Below are positions 1 through 9,913 of a stretch of DNA of 64,000 nucleotides, piece after piece; the first letter of the stretch is position 1, and every line of letters starts with the position of its first letter. The translations under genes were made by a program, and so were the position numbers. Origin of the DNA: a virus (Duplodnaviria > Caudoviricetes); the IMG/VR virus record IMGVR_UViG_3300043410_001300, positions 2 to 64,001 of that record, one strand, 5' to 3'. Below the pieces are notes generated by a model. The model saw only the letters and a list, made by a program, of their open reading frames with translations, was not told the origin of the DNA and did no database searches.

Positions 1-216
1 GTTAAGTAAGTTGAAACTCTCTGGCGGCACAACATCGCCCTTTGCGTGACGAATCTGTGCCTCTGTTAAGTTTGCTTTTCTAAAGCTATTAGTGCCGCCC
101 ACATAAGCGCCGGAACCGCTGATGTTTCTGATAAACGTCTCGCCGTAGTGAGCAGTTAGAAACTTAGCAACTTCACGCTCATAGGAGCTACCTTTAACCT
201 TAGATTTACTTGTCAT
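1..216 (-). CDS. Holliday junction resolvase, Hjc-like PD-(D/E)xK nuclease (partial, runs off window start)
   Basis: Not in the ORF track. My translation from ATG at 216 is MTSKSKVKGSSYEREVAKFLTAHYGETFIRNISGSGAYVGG...KGDVVPP. The KGxxYERE and SG...D pattern is typical of Hjc-type resolvases, and the gene lies directly downstream of gp46. Confidence 0.7.
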   Translation of the reverse strand, partial: MTSKSKVKGSSYEREVAKFLTAHYGETFIRNISGSGAYVGGTNSFRKANLTEAQIRHAKGDVVPPESFNLLN

Positions 217-256
217 ATAGTGTTTTAGTTATCTCTGTGTAGTGTGCGTAAAAAAT

Positions 257-2347
257 TTATTCTTCTTCAGTGGCGCTGTCGCGGAGACTAGTAAATCCAT
301 TTTCTTTGACAACCGTCAAGATTTTGTCGATTCTGCTTACTAGCTCCTCTTTGTGTGACACTAACCATACGCTCTTGTTGCGTCTGCGAACAAAGTCTTT
401 AAGAACAGCTACAGCATTATCAACGCCAACAGCATCCATACCGTTATCTACGAGTTCGTCAATCATCAATAAGTTGATGGGCGAGTATAGGTTCTCAAAA
501 ACATCACGGAATGCGAACGACAGACCCAAAATCAAGCGGTTACGCTCACCTCTGCTCAAGTTATCAAAGTCTAAGTCTCTACCTAGTTCAGTAATCTCAA
601 CACTCAAGTCATTCTGAAACACAACTTGATGCGGCAAGCCCATTTTGTCGAGATATTGAGCAAGACGAGCGTTGAGATAGCCTAAGTTCTGCTCGATAAT
701 ACGCTTGCGAACAAATGACTTCTTATTTGTTAGGAGGTCTAAGAGATATTCCTGATGCTTCAACACCCTGTTGAGTTCGTCAATAGCGCTATAATCAACT
801 GCCTGAATAGCATTCTTTTCCATATCTGCGATTTGTTCGCTATACGGGTCAGTTTCCTCGTGTTTAGCAACAATCTGTTCTTCTAAGTTTGCTACCTGCG
901 TTTTATGCTCTATGGCTTCCTGTTCAGTCTTATAGATAGTAGTAGGTTTCTGCCCTAATTCGATCTCTACAAGTTCCTTTAGTTGATCTTCGAACGGATT
1001 AACTTCTTGCTTCTTTGCTTCAATCTGACGAACAATATTTTCTACTTCACTGCTGTGTCTGACTGCTTCTGCTTCTGTTCGGTAATGAGTCACCGGTTTA
1101 TCGCCTAGGGGTTCAAGCGCACTAAGAGCATCGGTATGCTCCATCCATTGAGTATTTGTAGCAAGTGCCTGTAGGGCGGCTTCTTGTAGAGCCCGCTCTT
1201 TAGCCGCTAATACAGACTCATGATTACTATCGTGAAAATCTTGACCGCAAGCATAACACTTGTGATTTTTTAGTTCTTGGACCTCGGCCTTCAACTTGTC
1301 GATGACTTTTTGCTCACGCTTCTCGGTCGCAACACAATCATCAATATACTTTTGTAATTGCTTCATGTTAGCTGATTTCACAACCCAGGCAGATAAATCC
1401 CGGTGTGCTTGTAGTTCCGCATCAATATCGATATGTGATCGCTCGTCTAAGTTCCGTTCCAGTTCTCTTAAATCAGTGTAAAATTTATTTAACCACTGAG
1501 TTGAGCGTGTAGAAATGGATCGGTAAGTGTCGCTTTGTTTCTTTTGTTCGTTCCAGATTGCTAAATCTTTGTGAGCGAGTAATTCAGCTTCAATATTAAC
1601 AGCGCTTAGGCGCTCGTGGTTAGTAGCCAAATAAGCGATATCGCTATCGTATTTCTTCTGCCATAATACTTGTCTGCGTTTTAGCGACTCAATCTGCTCT
1701 TGTATTCGCTTGTTGGTTTCGTCAATTCCACGAACACGATATTCTTCTGCTGTGATCGAATCTTTTGTTTGCTTGATTAGTTCTTTGACTGCTGTTGCTT
1801 TCTCGCTCAACAGGGTAATGCCTAGCAACTGCTCAATGACTTCACGCTGTTCTGCTACCTTGAGAGATAAGAAGGGCGTTGTATAGCTATTCAACCCTAC
1901 GATATGATTGAACATAGTGCTAGACATACATAGGACACGCTCGATAGCATCTTGTGTCTCACGGCTATCGCCCTGTGAGTCATCCTCACTGCTTTGCTCT
2001 TTGTTATTGACGAAGAATTTTAAGGAGTTGGGTTTACGGGTTCGCTGAATTTTATAGTCGATACCTCTGACATTGAACTCGATAGTCACCGACATATTCT
2101 TCTCGTTAGTTCTGTTGATCAGATTGTCTTTTTTGATCGAGTTGATGGCAGTGCCGAACAGAGCATAGGAGATACCCTGAAAAATAGTGCTCTTGCCCAC
2201 GCCGTTTTTTGAGCCAGCATCACTACCGCCGAGATCGATATTCTCGCCAAGGATTAGGGTTAGATCCTGATTATTGAGTTCTACGCTCTGCTCAACATTG
2301 CCAAAAGACATGAAGTTTTTTAATTTTAGATTTTTTACTGTGATCAT
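257..2347 (-). CDS. gp46: Rad50/SbcC-like recombination ATPase (T4 gp46-like)
   Basis: KNFMSFG N-terminus, Walker A NGVGKST, zinc hook CYAC, signature LSRGE, Walker B LMIDE, H-loop VSH. Start moved to MITVKNL (2347) to avoid overlapping gp47. Confidence 0.93.
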   Translation of the reverse strand: MITVKNLKLKNFMSFGNVEQSVELNNQDLTLILGENIDLGGSDAGSKNGVGKSTIFQGISYALFGTAINSIKKDNLINRTNEKNMSVTIEFNVRGIDYKIQRTRKPNSLKFFVNNKEQSSEDDSQGDSRETQDAIERVLCMSSTMFNHIVGLNSYTTPFLSLKVAEQREVIEQLLGITLLSEKATAVKELIKQTKDSITAEEYRVRGIDETNKRIQEQIESLKRRQVLWQKKYDSDIAYLATNHERLSAVNIEAELLAHKDLAIWNEQKKQSDTYRSISTRSTQWLNKFYTDLRELERNLDERSHIDIDAELQAHRDLSAWVVKSANMKQLQKYIDDCVATEKREQKVIDKLKAEVQELKNHKCYACGQDFHDSNHESVLAAKERALQEAALQALATNTQWMEHTDALSALEPLGDKPVTHYRTEAEAVRHSSEVENIVRQIEAKKQEVNPFEDQLKELVEIELGQKPTTIYKTEQEAIEHKTQVANLEEQIVAKHEETDPYSEQIADMEKNAIQAVDYSAIDELNRVLKHQEYLLDLLTNKKSFVRKRIIEQNLGYLNARLAQYLDKMGLPHQVVFQNDLSVEITELGRDLDFDNLSRGERNRLILGLSFAFRDVFENLYSPINLLMIDELVDNGMDAVGVDNAVAVLKDFVRRRNKSVWLVSHKEELVSRIDKILTVVKENGFTSLRDSATEEE

Positions 2348-2354
2348 TGTGGGT

Positions 2355-3371
2355 TTAAATTGAACGGTAGATATCAAGTAGTAGTTTTTTATCGAATGCA
2401 CCTTCTTGAAGTTCATCGATTTGCTTTTGAATGATAGCATCTACTGACTCGAACTCGGTATTTGCGTAATCTGTGTTATCAGTCTCTAAGTCCGTCTTTT
2501 GCGGAATTAAGGTCATTTCACGAAGTCCGTATTGGGGAACTAGGGTTTCTCGCAGAAATGCACTCTCTTCATAACTAATTTCAACATCAAGATTAACTTT
2601 AACATAACTATCAGGAACTAGCAACCGTTCTGGTTCTTCTAGTATTTGTGACAGGTTGTAGATACGATATTTTGGTGCTTGAGGCCAGATATGATACACG
2701 GGCTCTTCACCCCACTCAAGTATCATCATACCGCGATTATCGTCTCCCGCATCTGAAAAGTTGTGAGGGAAAGCATTGCCAATATACGAGACATTTCCCT
2801 TGTGCTGACGCTTATGAAAGTGACCCGAGAATACTCGGTCGAATTTCTTCAAGTGCGAGGTTTGTAGTTCGCCGTGATCGGGCATTTCGATCATTGCGTT
2901 TAAAATAAAGTGCGGTAGTTCAAAGTGACCGAATAAGTATTTGCCAGACTTCCTCTCTAATTTCTTCCAATCTTCGCCCACTAACCACGGGGCAATAACA
3001 ACATCGCCTTGTTCGAACCAATCGTCAATGATTTTTACCCTGGGTAGATGCTTAGCCCATTCGACACTATGAACATCACGCTTGTCCCGGAAGAACAGGT
3101 CATGATTTCCAGCAATGAAATAAACCTGCTCGAAGTTATCGTTGAGTTTTTCTAGTGCCTGGAGACCATAGTGTAGGGTCTGAATATTGATGGCAGCACG
3201 ATTGTGGTTATAGTCGCCCAAGAAAAAGCAGGTTTCACAACCTTCCCTCCGTGCCGTTTCGATGAACCAGTCAACAAAGTTAGCACAATCTGTGTTGTGC
3301 TGAACTGAGTTGCTCTTCAGGCCAAAGTGTATGTCGGTGAATGCGGCGGCCTTTTTAAATAAGTTTGTCAT
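2355..3371 (-). CDS. gp47: Mre11/SbcD-like metallophosphoesterase nuclease (T4 gp47-like)
   Basis: Motifs DIHFG, GD, GNHD, GHFH; adjacent to gp46. Confidence 0.93.
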   Translation of the reverse strand: MTNLFKKAAAFTDIHFGLKSNSVQHNTDCANFVDWFIETARREGCETCFFLGDYNHNRAAINIQTLHYGLQALEKLNDNFEQVYFIAGNHDLFFRDKRDVHSVEWAKHLPRVKIIDDWFEQGDVVIAPWLVGEDWKKLERKSGKYLFGHFELPHFILNAMIEMPDHGELQTSHLKKFDRVFSGHFHKRQHKGNVSYIGNAFPHNFSDAGDDNRGMMILEWGEEPVYHIWPQAPKYRIYNLSQILEEPERLLVPDSYVKVNLDVEISYEESAFLRETLVPQYGLREMTLIPQKTDLETDNTDYANTEFESVDAIIQKQIDELQEGAFDKKLLLDIYRSI

Positions 3372-3399
3372 GTATGTAGAAATAGTTATAACTCACCAC

Positions 3400-3429
3400 A
3401 GTATAGCAAAAAGGAGTCAACGATGTCAA
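3400..3429 (-). promoter_or_regulatory. sigma70-type promoter for gp47-gp46
   Basis: Minus strand reads TTGACA-N18-TATACT, with TG one base before the -10 hexamer (extended -10). Confidence 0.6.
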
Positions 3430-3436
3430 CTCCTTT
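3408..3436 (-). terminator. Intrinsic terminator after the late sigma gene
   Basis: Minus strand AAAGGAGTTGAC-ATC-GTTGACTCCTTT stem-loop (two G-U pairs) ending in a T5 tract, just after the gp55 stop. Confidence 0.55.
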
Positions 3437-3459
3437 GGAAATGAATTTGTCCGAACCAT

Positions 3460-4368
3460 TTATTCTACTGGCGGCTTATACTCATTAGCAAACTGACGGG
3501 TGAATGATGGAGCCAAACCATTATATTCCATCAGGTCATCTCTGATGCTTTGACTTTTCTTCTCAGTATTGAGTACTCGACAGAATGAGTTATTGAGTAC
3601 GGCAGTAAAGTAGGCGAACGGATTATTAGACTTTGCTTCATTAAAACGCAAGCCAACATAGGTAAGCTGGAGCACAGCACTTCCGCGCATTTCATCGTTG
3701 TATGAATAGCCACGCCAGTTCCATTTTGTGCCATACTTCTCACATAGCTTCAAATACATACGAGCAAGAGTATTGGTAATCTGGCCACCATCACGCTCGA
3801 ACTCACCAGTTTTCACATCACCCTTCCAATGAGACTTACCAACGCACACGAGACTTCCCATCTTGTTGAGTTTAAAGTGCTGAAACGGAGGAAAGTTCAC
3901 TCGGATATGAACAAGATCGTCCATCTTGACCGGAGCGGCCGCTTCCAAATCCTCGAACAAGTTTTCTTCTTCCTCGAACTCGAACATATCTTTTGCTGTT
4001 TTCTTCTTGGTGACTTTCTTGGGCGCTTTTGGAGCTAATGGAATGTGATCCCAGGTCATCACACGGAAGATCAAGTCGGTATCAGGGATGGTAGCAGGGT
4101 CGGTGGTGCCCTTGGTCAATCCCAGTTCAAGATCAGTGCGTAGCGCCCGCGCGACCTTAGCTGCCTGAATAGTCTCAGCCCTACTAGCATACTCCAAGTT
4201 GACCTCTAAGTCACTGTTGTCTAAGTAGTCAACGATGAAGTCATACTGATGATACTCAGGCTTTGTGAATGAGCAATAGCTATTTTTGCTCTGATGGATC
4301 TCTTTCAAGATGTCCTTATTATTTAAGTAATTTTTTTTCGGTGAGGTAGTGGTGATTGTTGTAGTCAT
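3460..4368 (-). CDS. gp55: Late-transcription sigma factor (T4 gp55-like)
   Basis: N-terminal NYLNNKDILKEI and C-terminal WRGYSYNDEM...RFNEAKSNNPFAYFT resemble T4 gp55 (YVNNKEL; NPHAYIT). The gp55-gp47-gp46 order matches T4-like phages. Confidence 0.85.
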   Translation of the reverse strand: MTTTITTTSPKKNYLNNKDILKEIHQSKNSYCSFTKPEYHQYDFIVDYLDNSDLEVNLEYASRAETIQAAKVARALRTDLELGLTKGTTDPATIPDTDLIFRVMTWDHIPLAPKAPKKVTKKKTAKDMFEFEEEENLFEDLEAAAPVKMDDLVHIRVNFPPFQHFKLNKMGSLVCVGKSHWKGDVKTGEFERDGGQITNTLARMYLKLCEKYGTKWNWRGYSYNDEMRGSAVLQLTYVGLRFNEAKSNNPFAYFTAVLNNSFCRVLNTEKKSQSIRDDLMEYNGLAPSFTRQFANEYKPPVE

Positions 4369-4447
4369 AGTTAGTAATAATTCATTGTATCACACAATGG
4401 GAGAAAATCTACTAAAATGGATGAATTTGTAGTTGACTTAAACTACA

Positions 4448-4476
4448 AAAACAGCACTTTATTTATCTGCTAAATA
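4448..4476 (+). promoter_or_regulatory. Late promoter (TAAATA) with upstream AAAAC-N-TTT element, driving the baseplate operon
   Basis: TAAATA at 4471-4476, AAGGA RBS, ATG at 4498; a second TAAATA lies on the minus strand at 4460-4465. Confidence 0.6.
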
Positions 4477-4497
4477 CTAAAAAGGACAATAGTAACT

Positions 4498-5667
4498 ATG
4501 GCATCGTATGTAGGAACAGCATCAGATCAGGACTCAGACGCTTCTCAGAGGGCTGCCTATGAAGCGGCAGTATCGAACGCAAAGCAAGAACTCGGCGATA
4601 ATATCACTGTAGGGTTCACTCAATATCGAACTAAAATTGAAGGTGAAGCTAAGCCATATCTGTATGTATCTACTTGTACAATTGTAGCGGAACCGGCCGC
4701 CGCCCCGGAAGAACCTACGCCAGTATCTCAGCCCACTGGTGAAGATAAACCCGAGGGTTCGACGCCAGTATCAACAGAAACTACGACACCCGCTACGACA
4801 GAGACACCAGCGGCAACAACAACATTCGATGAGATAGTGACCACCGCGGCACGGCCAACACCAAGTTATCCAACTGCCCCAGACTGGCGTTTTCGTGTAT
4901 CACTTGCTCCTAAGGCAGATTATTTTTACAATGCTGCCGACCCAGGCATATTGGCACCACTGAAAGCAACGAAGGGTGTTATCTTTCCCTACACGCCCTC
5001 TATCTCAGTGTCATATGTAGCAAAGTACGATACTCAGACACCGACTCATAGTAACTTCTCAATAAACAACTATCAACATAGTTCAGTTGAACAAGTAACT
5101 GTTGAAGCAGACTTCACCGCTCAAGATATCATGGAAGCAAACTACCTACTTGCGGTGATTCACTTCTTTAAGAGTGCGACTAAGATGTTCTACGGCAAAG
5201 ACCTGAATCCGGCTCGTGGTGTGCCGCCACCGCTATTGTATTTGACAGGATTCGGTCAATATCAATTCGATAATCATCCTGTTGTTCTTACAAATTTTAC
5301 ATACAAATTACCAGTTGATGTTGATTACATCAACGCTTACCCTAATGGGGTAGAAGTTGGGGTCAACGGAGCACAATTAGCAGCATTCAATCAGGAAAAG
5401 AAAACTGGCGACATAAGAGCATTCATTGAAAAATTACGAGCTACTATCATGAAGGGTAATAAAAAAGCTAGCAGCAGTGAAGCGGCGGCAGCACCGAAAC
5501 TATCACAAGCTCTCACGCGAGTGCCAACTAAGATGAGTATTTCTCTAACATTTCAACCTATTGTTACTCGTAATGCGATAAGTAACGAGTTCAGTCTTAA
5601 AGACTACGCTAGTGGTAAATTACTACGTGGTAGTCAAAATCCTAAAACAGGCGGAGGTATCTGGTAA
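4498..5667 (+). CDS. Baseplate/tail-tube initiator-like protein with Pro/Thr-rich N-terminal linker
   Basis: GVIFPYTPSI...PPPLLYLTGFG...PVVLTNF pattern of contractile-tail tube initiator/baseplate proteins; first gene of the structural operon. Confidence 0.6.
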   Translation: MASYVGTASDQDSDASQRAAYEAAVSNAKQELGDNITVGFTQYRTKIEGEAKPYLYVSTCTIVAEPAAAPEEPTPVSQPTGEDKPEGSTPVSTETTTPATTETPAATTTFDEIVTTAARPTPSYPTAPDWRFRVSLAPKADYFYNAADPGILAPLKATKGVIFPYTPSISVSYVAKYDTQTPTHSNFSINNYQHSSVEQVTVEADFTAQDIMEANYLLAVIHFFKSATKMFYGKDLNPARGVPPPLLYLTGFGQYQFDNHPVVLTNFTYKLPVDVDYINAYPNGVEVGVNGAQLAAFNQEKKTGDIRAFIEKLRATIMKGNKKASSSEAAAAPKLSQALTRVPTKMSISLTFQPIVTRNAISNEFSLKDYASGKLLRGSQNPKTGGGIW

Positions 5668-5966
5668 TGGGGTATTCAGCATCAAGTCCGTATCATACAA
5701 GTAAAGTCGTAAACGGTAAATTTTTAGATGTGATGATCAATCGCCCTATTCCAGGTGACGCTAGTGATTATTACTGGACAATAGAACCAACATATCATCT
5801 GCGGCCCGATCTACTAGCAAGTCATCTATACGATGATAGTAAATTATGGTGGGTATTCGCACAGCGCAACCCAAACACACTTAAAGATCCGCTTGGGGAT
5901 TTCACAGTAGGTACGCAAATTTATGTACCAAAGAGCGATACATTAAGAGCAACACTAGGATTGTAA
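5667..5966 (+). CDS. Baseplate wedge protein, gp53/LysM-like
   Basis: RPDLLASHLYDDSKLWWVFAQRN...G..IYVP is the gp53/LysM-type motif. Confidence 0.75.
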   Translation: MGYSASSPYHTSKVVNGKFLDVMINRPIPGDASDYYWTIEPTYHLRPDLLASHLYDDSKLWWVFAQRNPNTLKDPLGDFTVGTQIYVPKSDTLRATLGL

Positions 5967-5967
5967 G

Positions 5968-8457
5968 ATGGCAGTTTCTGAAAACAAAGTTGACGATAAC
6001 GCAGTTACTGGCACCGATGATACATCAACTGCCAGTGAAGCAAGTGGCACAACACCGCCTTCGTCCTCTACTGGTAGCAAATCAGCTCGTTCTACAACTG
6101 CTAGCGCTGATTACAATGGACCAAAAATACCAGGCGTGAGGATGATTAACCCTCTCAGTCAATTCAGTAGTTACACATATTCACTAGTTCTGTACATGAT
6201 GACACCCGAAGCATTTACTAACTTCACACTTGCTGGCGGCTCGATGTCTGGTATCAAAGGCAAGGGTAAGGGTGTGTACATCGTGGCACAAAGTGGCGGT
6301 ATCAATGGTGATATTGAAGACAGAGCGATTACATTCTCAGGCAAACTAGGCTCAGGGCAACGAGGACTAGACTACTTTATTGATGATTTATCTGTTACTA
6401 CTTACATGCCTGCCGGCGGCGGCGAGGGAGCAACTGTTGGTACTGAATTCAAGTTCAAAATTATTCAGCCAACCGGATTTAGTTTCATCCAAGACATTGG
6501 TAAAACTAGTCGAGCGATTAATCTTGAAAGTAAAATTACAACGAATACCACTATAAACCCACTAGAGCAATTCTATGTCCTTGGTATCAAGTTCTATGGC
6601 TATGATGTTAACGGCTCAGTCATGACAGCATCGAGTCCTGAAGTGCAAGGCTACGACAACGGCGGCAGTGACGGAGATAAGAATGCTGTCATCCAACGAT
6701 ACTTTGGTATTAGTATTAATGAGATGAAGTTCAAATTAGACAATAAAGTAACATTTTATGATATTAAAGCATCGCCCGCTGCAGATCTTTTTGCTTATGG
6801 TACAATCAATAGTACCATCAAAAAAGACTTTACATTAGTAGCAGGAACAGTAGCAGAAGCGTTAGGAGCTGTGGATGGAGAGGGTATTAGAGGTTTATCA
6901 GAAGTACTCAACAACGAAGGTCAAGATCAAAAAGATCGTGGCGTTATTGATACGTCAATAAAATACACATTTGAATTTTATGACGAAAACGGCAATAAAG
7001 TAGAACCTAAAGAAAGCGTGATTGGTAAGAGTGGTCTCGTGGATAAAACAATCGCAACAGCGGAAAATGCTCCTATTTCTGATGCTACTGACTTGAGTAA
7101 AGTAACTGTTGCTGATAGTTACAAAGCCGGTAGTATTCCTAAAGGCAGAAAAACAATTTCTGTTCCTGCCGGCACCAGTCTCGTAAGCGTAGTCGATAAC
7201 ATCATTGTTAAAAGCAACTTCATTAGTGACGCACTAACGAAAACAATCAGTCAGGATGCAGAGGCACAATCTGTCAAAAAATCACCGACGGCAACCCTAC
7301 AATGGTATTCGATGTCGCCGTATGCTGTTCCTCGTGCTAGAGAGAATGGTAACTGGGTTTGTGACATCACGTATCAAATCAGACCATTTAGTGTACCATA
7401 CATACGAAGTGATATCGTAGGAGTCACGAGTAAGTATGATGGACCTTACAAGTTCTATCATTACTACTTTACTGGACAAAATAGTGAAGTGCTAGAATAC
7501 TCGCAGCAATTTGATAATTTGTATTTCATGTTGGCGGATATGCCAACTAACTCAGATGCTGATCCTGTCGATAAGCCTAAAGATGATACTCCACGTGCGG
7601 TATCTAATGCTGTGGAAGGCACTAACAAAGCAGGCAATACAAACAAAGCAGGACAACTAAACGACATGGTCAAAGCTCAGTTGTATAGTCCCGCTGATAC
7701 AAACAAAGCAAAGTTAAAAATATTAGGTGACCCAGATTATCTAGCAACAAACATTGGTGTTACCTATCAACCAGGAACTAAGTATTTTAACAAAGACCAT
7801 AGTATTAACATCAACAGCGGTCAAGTATTCATTCAATTAAATTTTAATACTGCGGATGATTACAGTATCACCGAAAGAGGAAATCCATCTGGAACAGGAT
7901 TACTTAATGTTAGTGATAAAGTTCAGTTCTATGAGTCAACTGCTGCCAAAGATGTAGGTATCGATGGTATGGTGTTCAATGTAATTAAAGTAACAAGTAC
8001 TCTTTCTAAAGGAGTATTCTTACAAATTCTTGACTGTAAGGTGCCGCTATTAGATGACTTAGTTGGTCAAGATAATGCTGCTGGCTCATCAGTTGATGAA
8101 AGTGGCAGAATGACAAATGAGGGTGATGCTAGAACTACTGATTCTGCTTCAAAATCTACGCCGGTCAACAATAAAGCATCAGCGACCAGTGCTAACGGAC
8201 CAGCGTCCGGAGGGAACGCCAGTGAAGTCACGGCGGCAGTTGATACTAGAACTACCAACACTCCAGCAACAACGCCCAGTAATACTGATACTACCACTAA
8301 CGCAAGAGATTCTGGAACTACAGAAAATACAAGCTCATCAGCACAAGCAATATCTGACCCTGTAAATAATACATTACAGGGTTCTACAGTACTTGATGAT
8401 ACCGTTACATCTAGAGCAGAACAAACAAGTGATGAAGATAATCAACGAGAAGCATAA
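5968..8457 (+). CDS. Baseplate hub protein (gp27-like) with Ser/Thr-rich disordered ends
   Basis: NPLSQFSSYTY start, ILGDPDYL motif, C-terminal VIKVTSTLSKGVFLQIL; lies between the gp53-like and gp5-like genes. Confidence 0.6.
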   Translation: MAVSENKVDDNAVTGTDDTSTASEASGTTPPSSSTGSKSARSTTASADYNGPKIPGVRMINPLSQFSSYTYSLVLYMMTPEAFTNFTLAGGSMSGIKGKGKGVYIVAQSGGINGDIEDRAITFSGKLGSGQRGLDYFIDDLSVTTYMPAGGGEGATVGTEFKFKIIQPTGFSFIQDIGKTSRAINLESKITTNTTINPLEQFYVLGIKFYGYDVNGSVMTASSPEVQGYDNGGSDGDKNAVIQRYFGISINEMKFKLDNKVTFYDIKASPAADLFAYGTINSTIKKDFTLVAGTVAEALGAVDGEGIRGLSEVLNNEGQDQKDRGVIDTSIKYTFEFYDENGNKVEPKESVIGKSGLVDKTIATAENAPISDATDLSKVTVADSYKAGSIPKGRKTISVPAGTSLVSVVDNIIVKSNFISDALTKTISQDAEAQSVKKSPTATLQWYSMSPYAVPRARENGNWVCDITYQIRPFSVPYIRSDIVGVTSKYDGPYKFYHYYFTGQNSEVLEYSQQFDNLYFMLADMPTNSDADPVDKPKDDTPRAVSNAVEGTNKAGNTNKAGQLNDMVKAQLYSPADTNKAKLKILGDPDYLATNIGVTYQPGTKYFNKDHSININSGQVFIQLNFNTADDYSITERGNPSGTGLLNVSDKVQFYESTAAKDVGIDGMVFNVIKVTSTLSKGVFLQILDCKVPLLDDLVGQDNAAGSSVDESGRMTNEGDARTTDSASKSTPVNNKASATSANGPASGGNASEVTAAVDTRTTNTPATTPSNTDTTTNARDSGTTENTSSSAQAISDPVNNTLQGSTVLDDTVTSRAEQTSDEDNQREA

Positions 8458-8459
8458 CT

Positions 8460-9911
8460 ATGGCAACCAACGTACAACATAAAGGCCAAAAACCAACAAA
8501 AGCATATGCGGAATCTGGCGCAGGAAATACATCAGGGCCATTTATCGGCGTTGTAAAAAACAATGTAGATAAGACACACAGCGGTAAGATAGAGGTCTAC
8601 ATAGCTGCATTTGGCGGAAGCGATCCCGATTCGTCTAGAAACTGGACACCGGTAAGTTACATGAGTCCATTCATTGGAATCTCAAGCTCTGGTAAGAATC
8701 CTAAATCTGGGCCAGACAAATCAGGCGACGGCGGCTACCTAGGTAATCCGAACAGCTACGGCTTCTGGGCATCATCTCCTGATATTGGCACAGAAGTAGT
8801 GTGTATCTTTATTAACGGTAACAAAAGTCAAGGCTATTACATCGGCTGTGTGCCAAAAGTAGGATTGGTACAGATGGTGCCAGCGATTGGGGCATCTTCA
8901 AAAGTAAAACCAAATGATGCCGAAGCTAGCTCATATGCGGGAGCAAATAGACTACCAACAAACGAAATAAACACTGCTAATCCTAATGTACGAGACAGCA
9001 GTCAACCATACAATGAAACTAAACCAGTTCATAGTTATCAATCGAGCATCTATGCCCAACAGGGGTTGATCAGAGATGATATTCGTGGGGTAATCGGTAG
9101 TAGCGCTCAGCGAGAATCGCCAAGTCGAGTATTCGGCATCTCTACGCCAGGTGGAGCAATTTATGAAGGCGGCTACAACGCGGCAACACTCGGTACCGCA
9201 GTAAAGAACGGCGTTGATCCTAGTAAACTAAAACAACTTGGTAGAACCGGCGGACACACATTCGTCATGGATGACGGCTCATTACAGGGAAAAGATCAGC
9301 ACATTAGATTACGAACATCAGCTGGACATCAAATTACAATGAGTGATAGTGGTCAAACATTATTCATCACTCACGCTAACGGTCAAAGTTGGGTAGAATT
9401 AGGAAAAGAAGGTACAATCGACATCTACTCTACAAATTCATTCAATGTTCGAACACATGGAGACATCAATTTCCACGCTGATAGAGACATTAATTTACAT
9501 GCAGGTAGAAATCTGAATGTAAATGCGGAATCAATTAGTCACGAAAGTACAAAAGATTACTCAGTTAGAGCTGGCGGTTCATTCAAGGGATATACGGTGA
9601 ACTCGTTCACATTCAAAGCAGATGCTAGTATTGCCATGTCAACTAGCGGCAGCTTTGGTCTAAAATCAGATGGCGTAATGAGTATCAAAGGTTCAAAAGT
9701 GAATTTGAATACAGACAGTCCTAATGATGCTCCAGATGTGCCAGCAATGTCGAAAACAAAACACACTGATACTCTATTCAGTCAATCAAAGGGCTGGCTA
9801 TCAGCATCTCCTAATTTGGAGAGTATTGCTACTCGTGTGCCTACGCATCAACCATTCATTGGTGCTGGCAAGGGTCTCGATATTCCGTTCAATGGTGTAG
9901 CAGGAAGCTAA
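8460..9911 (+). CDS. Baseplate central spike (gp5/VgrG-like; OB fold plus beta-helix)
   Basis: GVVKNNVD...GKIEVYI...PDIGTEVVCIF..G...YYIG OB-fold pattern, GHTFVMDD and RTSAGHQI motifs, repetitive beta-helix C-terminus; no lysozyme domain seen. Confidence 0.8.
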   Translation: MATNVQHKGQKPTKAYAESGAGNTSGPFIGVVKNNVDKTHSGKIEVYIAAFGGSDPDSSRNWTPVSYMSPFIGISSSGKNPKSGPDKSGDGGYLGNPNSYGFWASSPDIGTEVVCIFINGNKSQGYYIGCVPKVGLVQMVPAIGASSKVKPNDAEASSYAGANRLPTNEINTANPNVRDSSQPYNETKPVHSYQSSIYAQQGLIRDDIRGVIGSSAQRESPSRVFGISTPGGAIYEGGYNAATLGTAVKNGVDPSKLKQLGRTGGHTFVMDDGSLQGKDQHIRLRTSAGHQITMSDSGQTLFITHANGQSWVELGKEGTIDIYSTNSFNVRTHGDINFHADRDINLHAGRNLNVNAESISHESTKDYSVRAGGSFKGYTVNSFTFKADASIAMSTSGSFGLKSDGVMSIKGSKVNLNTDSPNDAPDVPAMSKTKHTDTLFSQSKGWLSASPNLESIATRVPTHQPFIGAGKGLDIPFNGVAGS

Positions 9912-9913
9912 AC

